Source: an uncultured Gammaproteobacteria bacterium (GTDB lineage Bacteria > Patescibacteriota > Patescibacteriia > Patescibacteriales > WJLG01). From it: a stretch of 29,596 nt of DNA. The stretch covers positions 1 to 29,596 of the forward strand of contig CAZALZ010000013.1 of assembly GCA_964486475.1 (NCBI GenBank), read 5' to 3'. Positions 1 through 8,989 of this stretch are shown piece by piece. A program made the position numbers and the translations under genes. Under the pieces are notes generated by a model. It was not told where the DNA came from, made no database searches, and saw nothing but the letters and a program-made list of their open reading frames with translations. Position 1 is the first letter of the stretch, and every line of letters begins with the position of its first letter.

Positions 1-381
1 GAACATTGCGGCTATCGGCCAGAAGCTTAGTTTATTTTTTTTACTGTAAATTATTATAGCCAAGAGAGCGCCTATTATTCCTCCATGGATGGCTAACCCG
101 CCTTGCCAAATTTTTAAAACATCCAAGGGATTTGAGACATAATAGCTCCATTCCAGGAGTATATGGTAAAATCTGGCTCCGATTATGCCGCAAATTATCA
201 TCCAAAAAGCTAAATCAAAAGCGTCGTCCGGCTTGATGTTGAAATATTTAGCAATTTTCAAGGAAACGGCCAAACCGGCGGCTATCCCGATAACGATAAA
301 AATTCCATACCAATAAACATTGACAGCTCCAATTGATATTGACAGCGCCGCTGGTTGAAAGTTGTGTAAAAAATTAAACAT
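1..381 (-). CDS. lgt: Prolipoprotein diacylglyceryl transferase, N-terminal part (gene continues past window start)
   Basis: Minus-strand translation from ATG at 379-381 gives MFNFLHNFQPAALSISIGAVNVYWYGIFIVIGIAAGL...IGARFYHIL...WQGGLAIHGGIIGALLAII. It is a multi-TM protein with the Lgt-type GGLxxHGG signature. It is not in the ORF track because it runs off the window edge. Confidence 0.6.
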   Translation of the reverse strand, partial: MFNFLHNFQPAALSISIGAVNVYWYGIFIVIGIAAGLAVSLKIAKYFNIKPDDAFDLAFWMIICGIIGARFYHILLEWSYYVSNPLDVLKIWQGGLAIHGGIIGALLAIIIYSKKNKLSFWPIAAMF

Positions 382-531
382 ATTGATTGAGCTTGTTTTA
401 TTAGCTTATATTGTTATTTTGCGGGTTTCTCGGCCGGAAGTCAACATTGTTATTATTATTTTTGACTTTTTTATTGAAAAATGAGATGATTTTCTTATAA
501 AATTAAGCTAAACTGCTAAAATAACAATAAT

Positions 532-2397
532 ATGCACTCAGGAGAGATTAGAAAAAAGTATTTGGAATTTTTTAAATCAAGGGGTCATGCGATAATTCCC
601 AGCGCTTCTTTGTTGCCGGAGAACGATTCTTCCACGCTTTTTATCAGTTCCGGCATGCAGCCTTTAGTTCCTTATTTAATGGGAGAAAGACATCCGGCCG
701 GAGTTCGTTTGGCTGATTCCCAAAAATCATTTCGCGCCGAAGATATTGATGAAGTCGGCGATCACCGGCACACGACTTTTTTTGAGATGCTCGGCAATTG
801 GTCTTTGGGAGATTATTTCAAACAGGACCAACTGTTTTGGATTTATGAATTTATGGTGAAAGAAGTCGGTTTGGACCCGAAAAAGCTGTATGCGACCGTT
901 TTCCGCGGCGACGAAAAAATAGGCGTTCCGAGAGATTCTGATTCAGTCGGGTATTTAAAAGAAATTTTTTCTTCTTTCGGTATTGAAGCGAAAGATATTG
1001 ATTTTTCAGAGAGAGACGGTTTGCAAGGCGGAAGGATTTTTTATTATCCGGCGAAAAAGAATTGGTGGTCCCGTTCCGGTTCACCGGAGAAAATGCCGGT
1101 CGGAGAGATCGGCGGTCCGGATAGCGAGATTTTTTACGATTTGGGAGCTGATCTGAAAAAGCATGAAAATTCGATTTATAAAGATCAGCCTTGTCATGTT
1201 AATTGCGATTGCGGCCGTTTTGTGGAAATAGGAAACAGCGTTTTTACTGAGTTCAGGCGAACGGAAAACGGTTTTGAAAAATTAAAACAGCATAATGTTG
1301 ATTTCGGCGGTGGGCTGGAAAGATTCGCAATGGCCTCCCAAGGATTTGATAATATTTTCGAAACTGACCTTTTTATTAACAACATCAAAAAGATAGAAGA
1401 GCTTAGCGGCAAAAAATATAAGGGTAATTACCGACTTTTTGAAATAATTGCCGATCATTTGCGCGCCGCCGTTTTTATAATGGGCGACGACAAAGGAGTT
1501 TCGCCGAGCAATTCCGGGCAAGGCTATGTGGTGCGGCGCTTGGTTCGCCGCGCTATAAATTACGGAAGAAATTTGGGAATAACTTCGGAATCATGGATAA
1601 CTAAAATTGCGGAAACAATTATAAATGATTATGCTGATATCTATCCAGAATTGGGGCGGAATAATGATTTTGTTTTGAACGGTTTGAAAGAAGAAGAGGA
1701 AAAATTCAACCGTACTTTAGAAAAAGGCTTGAAAGAATTTGAGAAATTGGAATCACAGAAAAAGATCAGCGGGCAAGAAGCGTTTAATTTGTTTCAGACC
1801 TACGGTTTTCCGATTGAGATGACGGCAGAATTGGCTTCAGCTAAAGGTTTGTCCGTCGACATGGAAGGATTTAAACAAGAGTCGGCTAAGCATCAAGAAC
1901 TTTCGCGGACAGCTTCGGCCGGAATGTTCAAAGGCGGTTTAGCCGATTCTGGCGTTGAAACAACACGTTTGCATACGGCGGCTCATTTGATGCTTTGCGC
2001 CTTAAGGAAAATTTTGGGCGGCGATGTTTACCAAAAAGGAAGCAATATCACGGCGGAACGTTTGCGTTTCGACTTCACTGCCAAAGAAAAAATGACCTCC
2101 GAACAAATCAAACAAACCGAAGATATGGTAAACGATTTGATCAAAAAAGATTTGCCGGTTGTTTGCGAAGAAATGCCGTTGGAGAAAGCGCGCGAAATCG
2201 GAGCAATGGGCGTCTTTGAATCAAAATACGGCGAGAAGGTCAAAGTCTATACTATCGGAACGGGAGATGATGTTTGCAGTTGCGAGATTTGCGGCGGTCC
2301 CCATGTTGAGCGGACAAGCGAACTCGGGTGTTTTAAAATTATTAAGGAAGAATCTTCCGGCGCCGGAGTCCGGAGAATAAAAGCGATTTTAGAATAG
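532..2397 (+). CDS. alaS: Alanyl-tRNA synthetase, short form lacking the C-terminal C-Ala/DHHA1 region
   Basis: N-terminus matches the class II AlaRS catalytic core (FLPENDSSTLFISSGMQP, HRHTTFFEMLGNWSLGDYFK). The editing-domain zinc motifs HTAAHLM and CSCEICGGPHV are present. Length is 621 aa against about 870 for canonical AlaRS. Confidence 0.85.
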   Translation: MHSGEIRKKYLEFFKSRGHAIIPSASLLPENDSSTLFISSGMQPLVPYLMGERHPAGVRLADSQKSFRAEDIDEVGDHRHTTFFEMLGNWSLGDYFKQDQLFWIYEFMVKEVGLDPKKLYATVFRGDEKIGVPRDSDSVGYLKEIFSSFGIEAKDIDFSERDGLQGGRIFYYPAKKNWWSRSGSPEKMPVGEIGGPDSEIFYDLGADLKKHENSIYKDQPCHVNCDCGRFVEIGNSVFTEFRRTENGFEKLKQHNVDFGGGLERFAMASQGFDNIFETDLFINNIKKIEELSGKKYKGNYRLFEIIADHLRAAVFIMGDDKGVSPSNSGQGYVVRRLVRRAINYGRNLGITSESWITKIAETIINDYADIYPELGRNNDFVLNGLKEEEEKFNRTLEKGLKEFEKLESQKKISGQEAFNLFQTYGFPIEMTAELASAKGLSVDMEGFKQESAKHQELSRTASAGMFKGGLADSGVETTRLHTAAHLMLCALRKILGGDVYQKGSNITAERLRFDFTAKEKMTSEQIKQTEDMVNDLIKKDLPVVCEEMPLEKAREIGAMGVFESKYGEKVKVYTIGTGDDVCSCEICGGPHVERTSELGCFKIIKEESSGAGVRRIKAILE

Positions 2398-2473
2398 TTT
2401 TTTAAAAGCGGTCCCAGCGGCCGCTTTTTTGAAAATATTCCACAAAACCGGCAATCGTGATATTATAAAACAT

Positions 2474-3562
2474 ATGAATTTAAATGATTTAAAACAAATT
2501 AAAAAGCTGGATCCGGGCTGTTTGGCCGAATCTTTGGCTTTGCTGCCGGAGCAGATAAAGAGCGTTCGTTCTGAAGCTGAAAAAATAAAATTTCCAGCTG
2601 ACTATGCCGAAATTGACGAAGTTGTTGTTTTTGGCATGGGCGGATCAAATCTCAGCGCCAGAATTATCTCTTCGCTTTTTAAGGATGAATTAAAAGTGCC
2701 GCTGATTATCGCTCCCGGTTATGATGTTCCGGGTTTTGTTGATAAAAAAACTCTTTGCATTTTGTCTTCTTATTCCGGCAACACCGAAGAAACTTTGTCT
2801 GTTTTGCCGGAAATAAAGAAGAGAAAAGTAAAGATTGTCGCGATCGGTGCGTCTTTGAAAGACAGCCTTTTGAAAGAGTCGGCTGAGAAGGATAAAATTC
2901 CAGGTTTGTTTTTTGATTCTTCCGCCAACTATTCAAACCAGCCCCGCGCCGGTTTGGGATATTCTTTGTTCGGATTGCTGTCGATATTGTTGAAGATTAA
3001 GGTTTTAAAAATAAGTTCGGCGGAAATGGATTCAGCCGCCAAAAAAGCGCAAGAGGCGTCCGTATCTTTTGATACAGAGGCCAAAAACAATAAAGCTAAA
3101 GTTTTGGCGGAGAAAATTTCCGGTCAAGGTGTTGTTATTTTGGGCGGAGATTTATTGGAAGGAAGTTTCCACGCCTTAAGAAATCAAATCAATGAGAATG
3201 GCAAAAATTTTTCCACTTATTTGGTTCTGCCGGAAATGAATCATTATGCCTTGGAAGGATTGTCCTTTCCGGCGGCAATCAAAAAGGAATTGATATTTTT
3301 GGCGTTTAATTCTGATTTGTATAATAGCCGCATAAAACAAAGACTTGAATTGACCAAAAAGGTCATAAAGAAAAACGGTTTTCGTCTGGTTGAATATTCT
3401 TTGTCCGGCAGGAATAAATTGGAGCAAGCGGCGGAGATGCTGGCGTTCGGCGGCTGGCTTACTTTTTATCTGGGGATTTTAAACGGTGTTAATCCGTCGC
3501 TGATACCTTGGGTTGATTGGTTCAAAAAAGAATTGAAAAAGAATAAAAAAACCGGCAATTAA
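2474..3562 (+). CDS. SIS-domain sugar-phosphate isomerase, bifunctional phosphoglucose/phosphomannose isomerase-like
   Basis: SIS motif VVVFGMGGSNLSARII plus a second SIS-like half. The architecture resembles archaeal-type PGI/PMI. The track ORF begins at a TTG (2429) overlapping the alaS terminator, so the internal ATG at 2474 (MNLNDLKQIK) is preferred. Confidence 0.55.
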   Translation: MNLNDLKQIKKLDPGCLAESLALLPEQIKSVRSEAEKIKFPADYAEIDEVVVFGMGGSNLSARIISSLFKDELKVPLIIAPGYDVPGFVDKKTLCILSSYSGNTEETLSVLPEIKKRKVKIVAIGASLKDSLLKESAEKDKIPGLFFDSSANYSNQPRAGLGYSLFGLLSILLKIKVLKISSAEMDSAAKKAQEASVSFDTEAKNNKAKVLAEKISGQGVVILGGDLLEGSFHALRNQINENGKNFSTYLVLPEMNHYALEGLSFPAAIKKELIFLAFNSDLYNSRIKQRLELTKKVIKKNGFRLVEYSLSGRNKLEQAAEMLAFGGWLTFYLGILNGVNPSLIPWVDWFKKELKKNKKTGN

Positions 3563-3575
3563 GCCGGATTTTTAC

Positions 3576-3650
3576 TGGTAGTCCCTATGGGAGTCGAACC
3601 CATCTTTTCAGGATGAAAACCTGATGTCCTAACCGATAGACGAAGGGACC
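3576..3650 (-). tRNA. tRNA-Glu (anticodon UUC), CCA encoded
   Basis: The reverse complement GGTCCCTTCGTCTATCGGTTAGGACATCAGGTTTTCATCCTGAAAAGATGGGTTCGACTCCCATAGGGACTACCA folds as a cloverleaf. Acceptor stem is 7 bp with a G1-U72 wobble. Anticodon stem is TCAGG/CCTGA with loop TTTTCAT, giving anticodon UUC. T-loop is GGTTCGACT. Confidence 0.8.
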
Positions 3651-3793
3651 GCTTTGCGATTATTGATTTACGTCCGCCAGCCGGCGGATTTGAATTGCGA
3701 TTTAGTTTCTATAAAATAAAATCAGCCTTGAGCTGGATTTTATTTTTAAACTATGATAATAATATAAATGATAATTTAATATTAGTCAATAGT

Positions 3794-4855
3794 ATGATAA
3801 TTTTAGGGATAGAAACAAGTTGCGATGAGACAGCCGCCAGTGTGGTTGATGGTAAAGGAAATAGCGTTAAAGTGCTTTCCAATGTGGTTTCTTCGCAGAT
3901 AGAAATTCATAAAAAATATAATGGCGTGGTGCCGGAAATAGCGGCGCGCGAACATGTTTTAAATATTTTGCCGGTTGTGAATGAGGCTTTGCTTAAAGCC
4001 GGTATAAACCCTCCCCGTCCGCCCAAGGCGGACACCTCTCCAAAGAGGGGAATTAAATTAGACGCTATTGCAATAACGGCCGGACCGGGGTTGATAACTT
4101 CGCTTTTAGTCGGCGTGGAAACCGCCAAGACTTTGGCGTATTCCTGGAATTTGCCTTTAATCGGCGTCAACCATATAGAGGGCCACATCCGCGCGAATTT
4201 TATAAACAACGACGAAAAGATAAAATTGCCGGCGATAATTCTGACTGTTTCCGGCGGACACACGATGCTGGTTTTGATGGATAAAAAAAATAAATTCAAA
4301 ATTATCGGCGAGACGCGCGACGATGCGGCCGGCGAAGCTTTTGATAAAGCGGCTAAGCTTTTGAATCTCGGTTATCCGGGCGGGCCGATAGTTTCTAAAA
4401 CAGCTAAAGAGTTTAATTCTGCTCCGAGAGAAGATATAAAACTGCCGCGGCCGATGTTAAATGACAAAAATTTTGACTTTTCTTTTTCTGGTCTTAAAAC
4501 TGCCCTGCTTTATAAAATAAAAAAAGATGATAGTTGGCAAAAGCGCGTGCCGGAATATTGTTATGAATTTGAGCGCGCGGTTGTAGAAACTTTGGTCGGG
4601 AAAATGATCAAAGCGGCGAAAAAATATCAGGCCAAAACCGTAATGCTTTCCGGCGGCGTGTCGGCCAATTCGGTTTTACGGGAAGAATTTATCAAGGCGG
4701 CTGAGAAAGAAAAATTAAATTATCATATTCCAGAATTGCAATACACGACCGATAATGCCGCCATGATCGCCGCGGCCGGATATTTCCGCGCGAAAGAAAA
4801 AAAGTTCACGCCCTGGAAAAATATCAAAGCTGACTGCAATTTAGAGCTTAAATAA
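3794..4855 (+). CDS. tsaD: tRNA N6-adenosine threonylcarbamoyltransferase (Kae1/TsaD family)
   Basis: Starts MIILGIETSCDETAASVV with HxxH-type motifs (VNHIEGH), SGGVSAN and a C-terminal DNAAMIA. The likely start is the internal ATG at 3794; the track ORF start at 3695 is AT-rich promoter-like sequence. Carries an unusual Pro-rich insert NPPRPPKADTSPKRG. Confidence 0.85.
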   Translation: MIILGIETSCDETAASVVDGKGNSVKVLSNVVSSQIEIHKKYNGVVPEIAAREHVLNILPVVNEALLKAGINPPRPPKADTSPKRGIKLDAIAITAGPGLITSLLVGVETAKTLAYSWNLPLIGVNHIEGHIRANFINNDEKIKLPAIILTVSGGHTMLVLMDKKNKFKIIGETRDDAAGEAFDKAAKLLNLGYPGGPIVSKTAKEFNSAPREDIKLPRPMLNDKNFDFSFSGLKTALLYKIKKDDSWQKRVPEYCYEFERAVVETLVGKMIKAAKKYQAKTVMLSGGVSANSVLREEFIKAAEKEKLNYHIPELQYTTDNAAMIAAAGYFRAKEKKFTPWKNIKADCNLELK

Positions 4856-5006
4856 TTGTCATTCCGATGCGAAGCGAGGAATCTGTAAAACCGTTTTGAA
4901 AATTACTGACGCACAATCTATTATCACAAGACAAATTTTATCGCGCGCAGGATTAAGACAGATCCTTCTCCGCCCAGGGCGGATCAGGATGACAAAATAA
5001 AACAAT

Positions 5007-5207
5007 ATGCGAACAGAACCGCCATTCAATATTGAAACTTTGCCGAATCCTTACGAGATTAAACCGGTGGAAAAAATCCATCTGGTTGATAATGACCAAT
5101 TAAAAGAGGACGAAGCGGAATGGAAAAAAAGAAAAAACCAAAAGAGATCCGTTTTACCGCCGGATCCTTTCGGCGAGAAAGGAAATAAAATAGATATTTT
5201 AGGATAA
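5007..5207 (+). CDS. Small hypothetical protein (66 aa), doubtful
   Basis: ORF only, with a weak AGGATGA-like element upstream. It lies in a structured intergenic region and has no recognisable family. Confidence 0.2.
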   Translation: MRTEPPFNIETLPNPYEIKPVEKIHLVDNDQLKEDEAEWKKRKNQKRSVLPPDPFGEKGNKIDILG

Positions 5208-5239
5208 AAAAAGACAGGATCCGCTAGTGCGAGATCCTG
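5206..5239 (-). terminator. Rho-independent terminator for the 5280-5924 minus-strand gene
   Basis: Hairpin CAGGATC-cgctagtgcga-GATCCTG at 5215-5239 is followed on the minus strand by a U7 run (A-run 5206-5212 on plus). Confidence 0.55.
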
Positions 5240-5279
5240 CTTAGTTAAGGCTGTATAATTCAACGTCTACCGTAATATT

Positions 5280-5924
5280 TTATTCCGCATGACTTTTTAT
5301 AAAATTTCTTACCTCGGGCGATATTCCACCTGTTTCATCTGCATTTTCAGCTGTCACCGAGAGTTCTTGTACTGTCGGATCAGCATCGGTTCCATTATGA
5401 AAATCAAATCTAAAGAATTCACCATTGCTATTCTGCCCCCAAAATGAATTATTGTCGATATTGTCTTGCATTACATTTTTTACTTTGCCAATCTTCTCCT
5501 CCATTTTTGATATTATTTTAACAGTCCATTCACCCTCGCTTTTTTCTGGTTCACTTGAAGATTCACTGATAAAATATATTCCTTGGTTCTCATGATGTTT
5601 TTCTTGTGCTTCAACGAGAGCTGGTGAAATTAAAGAAACGGCTACGGTGGCAATTTTTAAATAGCAATTAATTCTATTTCGAAATTTTTCTACTTTTGAA
5701 GAAATAAAATTTTTTAAATTTTCCGGCCCACCTGTTTTTTGAGATAATTTTTCAACCTCTTTTGCGATTTCTTCTTCTCCAACGCTTTCTTTTTCCATTC
5801 TTTCCGTTAATATGTCTAAAGCCTCTTCTGTTTTTGAAGTATTTTCCAGATTTTCCATTTCAGAAGTTGATTTATCCACCACTTCTCTTTTTGTTGGGTC
5901 AAATTTTTCAAATTCATTTTCCAT
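5280..5924 (-). CDS. Hypothetical acidic protein with one central hydrophobic helix
   Basis: 214-aa ORF, E/K-rich with a central IATVAVSLISPALV segment. It has its own terminator downstream and an upstream gap. By eye it is more AT-rich than its neighbours. No family recognised. Confidence 0.5.
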   Translation of the reverse strand: MENEFEKFDPTKREVVDKSTSEMENLENTSKTEEALDILTERMEKESVGEEEIAKEVEKLSQKTGGPENLKNFISSKVEKFRNRINCYLKIATVAVSLISPALVEAQEKHHENQGIYFISESSSEPEKSEGEWTVKIISKMEEKIGKVKNVMQDNIDNNSFWGQNSNGEFFRFDFHNGTDADPTVQELSVTAENADETGGISPEVRNFIKSHAE

Positions 5925-5989
5925 ACTTTTTGCTATTATAGGTTAATTATACTAATAGTATAGCATAACAAACGTTATTTAGTCAACCG

Positions 5990-6019
5990 AAAAGCGGCTT
6001 TTTAAAAAGAGCCGCTTTT
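5990..6019 (-). terminator. Hairpin downstream of ppsA, bidirectional-looking
   Basis: AAAAGCGGCT-ttttaaaaag-AGCCGCTTTT is a 10-bp perfect stem flanked by A/T runs. Confidence 0.4.
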
Positions 6020-6029
6020 AAAATATTTT

Positions 6030-8402
6030 TTATTTTTTTCTCTTTTCAACCTTCAGCACATTCATCGTTGTATCAATCACGGTATCAGGGATTAGAGAAA
6101 TGGAATCGATTTTTTCTTTGACCAGAAATTCCACGAAATCCGGGAAGTCGGACGGAGCTTGTCCGCAAATGCCGACTTTAGTTTTGGTCTTCTTGGCGAT
6201 GCGGATCAGCTCTTTTATTAAAACCTTAACGGCATCATTTTTTTCATTGGAAATTCCAGCCACGCCGAGCATGCTGCCGGAATCGCGATCAATTCCAAGA
6301 GTAAGCTGAGTTAAATCATTGGAACCGATAGAAAAGCCGTCAAATTCTTCAGCGAATTGGTCGGCTAAAATTATATTTGCCGGAATTTCGGCCATGACGT
6401 AAATTTGCAAACCGTCTTTGCCGCGTATCAAGCCGCGTTTAGCCATAAGTGCTTTTACTTTTTGGCCTTCTTCTACCGTGCGGCAGAAGGGGATCATTAT
6501 TTTTAAATTTTTCAGCCCCATTTCTTGGCGGACTTTTTTCATGGCTTGGCATTCCAAATCAAAAGCCGGGATGAATTTTGGCGTGTAATAACGGTTTGCG
6601 CCGCGCCAGCCGATCATCGGATTGGATTCTTTCGGTTCGTATTGCGCGCCGCCGATTAGGTTGGCGTATTCGTTGGTTTTAAAATCCGACAGACGGATGA
6701 TGCAATCTTTAGGATAAACCGAAGCGGCGATCATGGCTACGCCTTCGGCCATTTTTTCCACGAAAAATTGTTTCTTGTCTTTGTGGCCGATTGTAATTTT
6801 ATCTATTTGCGCTTTAATCGTCGCCGGCTGTTTGGCGTAATTTATCAAGGCCAGCGGATGGATTTTGATATAGTTGTTGATGATAAATTCCAAACGCGCC
6901 AAACCGATGCCATCATTCGGGACAAAGGAAGTGGCAAGCGCCATATCCGGTTCGCCGACATTCATCATTATTTTTGTTTTAGGCCGTTTTAGATTTTTAA
7001 TGTTTGATTTGATTATTTTAAAAGGTAATATTCCTTTATAAACAAAACCGTTTTCTCCCTCGGCGCAAGAAACTGTTACGCTTTGCCCGCTGGAAAGCTT
7101 GGTAGAGGCGTTATTGGCTCCGACCACGCAAGGTATCCCGAGCTCGCGCGAAACGATCGCGGCATGGCAAGTCCGCCCGCCTTTATCAGTAATGATGGCT
7201 GAAGCTATTTTCATAATCGGCTCCCAATCCGGATCAGTCATGTCGGTTACTAAAACTTGTCCCGGCTTAAATGATTTTATTCCAGAAACTTCCATAATGC
7301 GGTTAACAATACCGGCGCCGACTTTATTACCGACCGACTGGCCGCTAACCAAAATTTCGCTGCGCTTGTTGATTTTGTATTTTTCCACGATATTGTAATC
7401 GCGCTGGCTTTGCACGGTTTCCGGTCTGGCTTGGATGATATAAAGTTTGCGGGTGCGGCCGTCCATAGCCCATTCCATATCCATTGGTTTATTGTAATGT
7501 TTTTCGATCTCTATTGCCCAATCTGCCAATTTTAAAGCTTCGGCATCGGTGATGGATTGTTTAATGCGTTCTTCCGCCGGAACGGAAATATTTTTAACAG
7601 GGTTGTCGCGGCTGTTATTATATATCATTCTTAGATCTTTTTTCCCGATTTTTTTAGAAATAATGGCGCGCGTCGGCTTGAAGACTAAAAATTCATCAGG
7701 ATTAACTCGTCCTTGCACGATATTTTCACCCAAACCGTAGATGGAGTGGACTAAAACCGTATTTTTAAAGCCGGACTCGGTGTCAATGGAAAACATTACC
7801 CCGGAACAGCCCGTATCCGCGCGGACCATAGTTTGCACGCCGACCGATAAAGCTATTTTAAAATGATCAAAACCTTTGTCGGCGCGATAGGAAATGGCGC
7901 GGTTGGTGAAAAGAGATGCAATGCATTCCTTGACCGCCTCCAAGAGCTGGCGCTCGCCGCGGATATTTAAAAAAGTTTCCTGCTGGCCGGCGAACGAAGC
8001 GTCCGGCAAATCTTCGGCCGTAGCCGAGGAGCGGACAGCTACATCCAAAACGCTGCGTTTTTCTGATTTGCAAAGTTTTTTGTAAGAAGAAACAATCTCT
8101 TTTTTTAATCCTTCCGGCAACTCCGCTTTTAAAATGGCGGCGCGGACTTTTTTGCCGTGATCCATTAGATTGGTTACGTTTTTCGTGTTTAAAGTTTTTA
8201 GAATTTTTTTAATATCCGTTTTTAAGCCGGTTTCCTCCATAAAAAAATTATAAGCTTCGGCCGTGGTGGCGAAGCCGTTGGGAACAGCGATTTTTTTCTT
8301 GGCTAACAAAGAATACATTTCTCCCAGAGAGGCGTTTTTCCCTCCAACCTGCGGCACGTCTTTAATGCGAAGCTCGCTAAAAAATTTAATGAATTTAGAC
8401 AT
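6030..8402 (-). CDS. ppsA: Phosphoenolpyruvate synthase (pyruvate, water dikinase)
   Basis: 790 aa. N-terminus VPQVGGKNASLGEMY...VPNGFATTAEAY and the AVRSSATAEDLPDASFAGQQETF block match PEP synthase closely. Central phospho-histidine domain and C-terminal PEP-utilising domain are present. Confidence 0.9.
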   Translation of the reverse strand: MSKFIKFFSELRIKDVPQVGGKNASLGEMYSLLAKKKIAVPNGFATTAEAYNFFMEETGLKTDIKKILKTLNTKNVTNLMDHGKKVRAAILKAELPEGLKKEIVSSYKKLCKSEKRSVLDVAVRSSATAEDLPDASFAGQQETFLNIRGERQLLEAVKECIASLFTNRAISYRADKGFDHFKIALSVGVQTMVRADTGCSGVMFSIDTESGFKNTVLVHSIYGLGENIVQGRVNPDEFLVFKPTRAIISKKIGKKDLRMIYNNSRDNPVKNISVPAEERIKQSITDAEALKLADWAIEIEKHYNKPMDMEWAMDGRTRKLYIIQARPETVQSQRDYNIVEKYKINKRSEILVSGQSVGNKVGAGIVNRIMEVSGIKSFKPGQVLVTDMTDPDWEPIMKIASAIITDKGGRTCHAAIVSRELGIPCVVGANNASTKLSSGQSVTVSCAEGENGFVYKGILPFKIIKSNIKNLKRPKTKIMMNVGEPDMALATSFVPNDGIGLARLEFIINNYIKIHPLALINYAKQPATIKAQIDKITIGHKDKKQFFVEKMAEGVAMIAASVYPKDCIIRLSDFKTNEYANLIGGAQYEPKESNPMIGWRGANRYYTPKFIPAFDLECQAMKKVRQEMGLKNLKIMIPFCRTVEEGQKVKALMAKRGLIRGKDGLQIYVMAEIPANIILADQFAEEFDGFSIGSNDLTQLTLGIDRDSGSMLGVAGISNEKNDAVKVLIKELIRIAKKTKTKVGICGQAPSDFPDFVEFLVKEKIDSISLIPDTVIDTTMNVLKVEKRKK

Positions 8403-8410
8403 AAGTAAAG

Positions 8411-8469
8411 GTAATATGCAGCAAGTAGTATGTAGTATGGGACGCCATACCGCACAAACTATTCCACTG
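8411..8469. promoter_or_regulatory. Long imperfect inverted repeat (element D of the GTAGTATGG family), 8 nt upstream of the ppsA start
   Basis: Left arm GTAATATGCAGCAAGTAGTATGTAGTATGGG and right arm CCATACCGCACAAACTATTCCACTG. It shares the exact 15-mer GTAGTATGTAGTATG with element A. Confidence 0.4.
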
Positions 8470-8475
8470 TTTATA

Positions 8476-8796
8476 TTATATTTTTATTTTTTTGCTCCAA
8501 TCGTTAATATAGGGGACTTCCCAGTATTCGCCGGCCAAGACTTTTAATATTCCTATGACCGAAACGATCAAAACAGCCAATCCAATTATTTGTCCAAAAA
8601 AAGGGAACCAGGAAACAAGACTTATAATAAAAAGCACCAATCCTTGTTTGGCGTGGAATTGGCAGAATTTGGAATCTTTTTTTGTTAAAAGCGGAATCAG
8701 AAACAATATCCAAACATAAGAAAGAGCGGCGGAGTGTTTGTTGTTTTCCGCGTCTTTTTTTTCCATAGCAGATAAAACTTTTTTTTCTCTGGGCAT
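8476..8796 (-). CDS. Small membrane protein, DUF4870-like (FHAKQG motif)
   Basis: Two TM helices and the conserved CQFHAKQGLVLFI motif. The track ORF start at 8880 overlaps tRNA-Leu, so an internal start near MPREKK (about 8796) or MEKKD is more likely. Confidence 0.5.
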   Translation of the reverse strand: MPREKKVLSAMEKKDAENNKHSAALSYVWILFLIPLLTKKDSKFCQFHAKQGLVLFIISLVSWFPFFGQIIGLAVLIVSVIGILKVLAGEYWEVPYINDWSKKIKI

Positions 8797-8850
8797 AGAA
8801 TTGATTTTTAGTTGATTATTTGTTATCTTTATATTACTATAGCATAAATT

Positions 8851-8934
8851 GCGGACGTGGTGAAATTGGTATACACGCATGCCTTAGGAGCATGTGGGGC
8901 AACCCATGAGAGTTCAAGTCTCTCCGTCCGCACC
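8851..8934 (+). tRNA. tRNA-Leu (anticodon UAG), class II with long variable arm
   Basis: GCGGACGTGGTGAAATTGGTATACACG-CATGC-CTTAGGA-GCATG-TGGGGCAACCCATGA-GAGTTCAAGTCTCTC-CGTCCGC-A-CC. Acceptor stem GCGGACG/CGTCCGC. Anticodon loop CTTAGGA gives UAG. Long variable arm and T-loop GTTCAAGT. The CCA is only partly encoded. Confidence 0.8.
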
Positions 8935-8989
8935 GTTCCTGAATATAATTTTGTACTATAACAATTTAACTTTTTAGGAGGGATAGATA

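Noticed and set aside
851-1521. Antisense or internal ORFs inside alaS (851-1084, 1194-1412, 1282-1521). The same was seen in other conserved genes: 3907-4299 in tsaD; 6100-8085 set in ppsA; 10083-10872 set in tyrS; 17259-17687 and 18411-19226 in dnaK; 21700-22169 in dnaJ; 27392-28626 set in glyQS; 29002-29239 in argS.
   Set aside because: They are embedded in strongly conserved protein-coding frames, have low-complexity or odd composition, and are not supported as overlapping genes.
3695-3793. Longer N-terminal extensions proposed by the ORF track (tsaD from 3695; likewise SIS gene from TTG 2429, hrcA from TTG 15330, grpE from TTG 16137, hsp20 from 16665, dnaJ from 21392, DUF4870 gene from 8880, pilin gene from 12222, SPFH from 14257)
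   Set aside because: The extensions are non-conserved AT-rich sequence and overlap tRNAs, terminators or the inverted-repeat elements. Some rely on TTG starts. Internal ATGs align with the conserved protein N-termini.
5213-5240. Hairpin CAGGATC...GATCCTG as terminator of the plus-strand small ORF 5007-5207
   Set aside because: The U-run is on the minus-strand side (A7 precedes the hairpin on plus). It therefore terminates the minus-strand gene 5280-5924. The plus-strand ORF remains doubtful.
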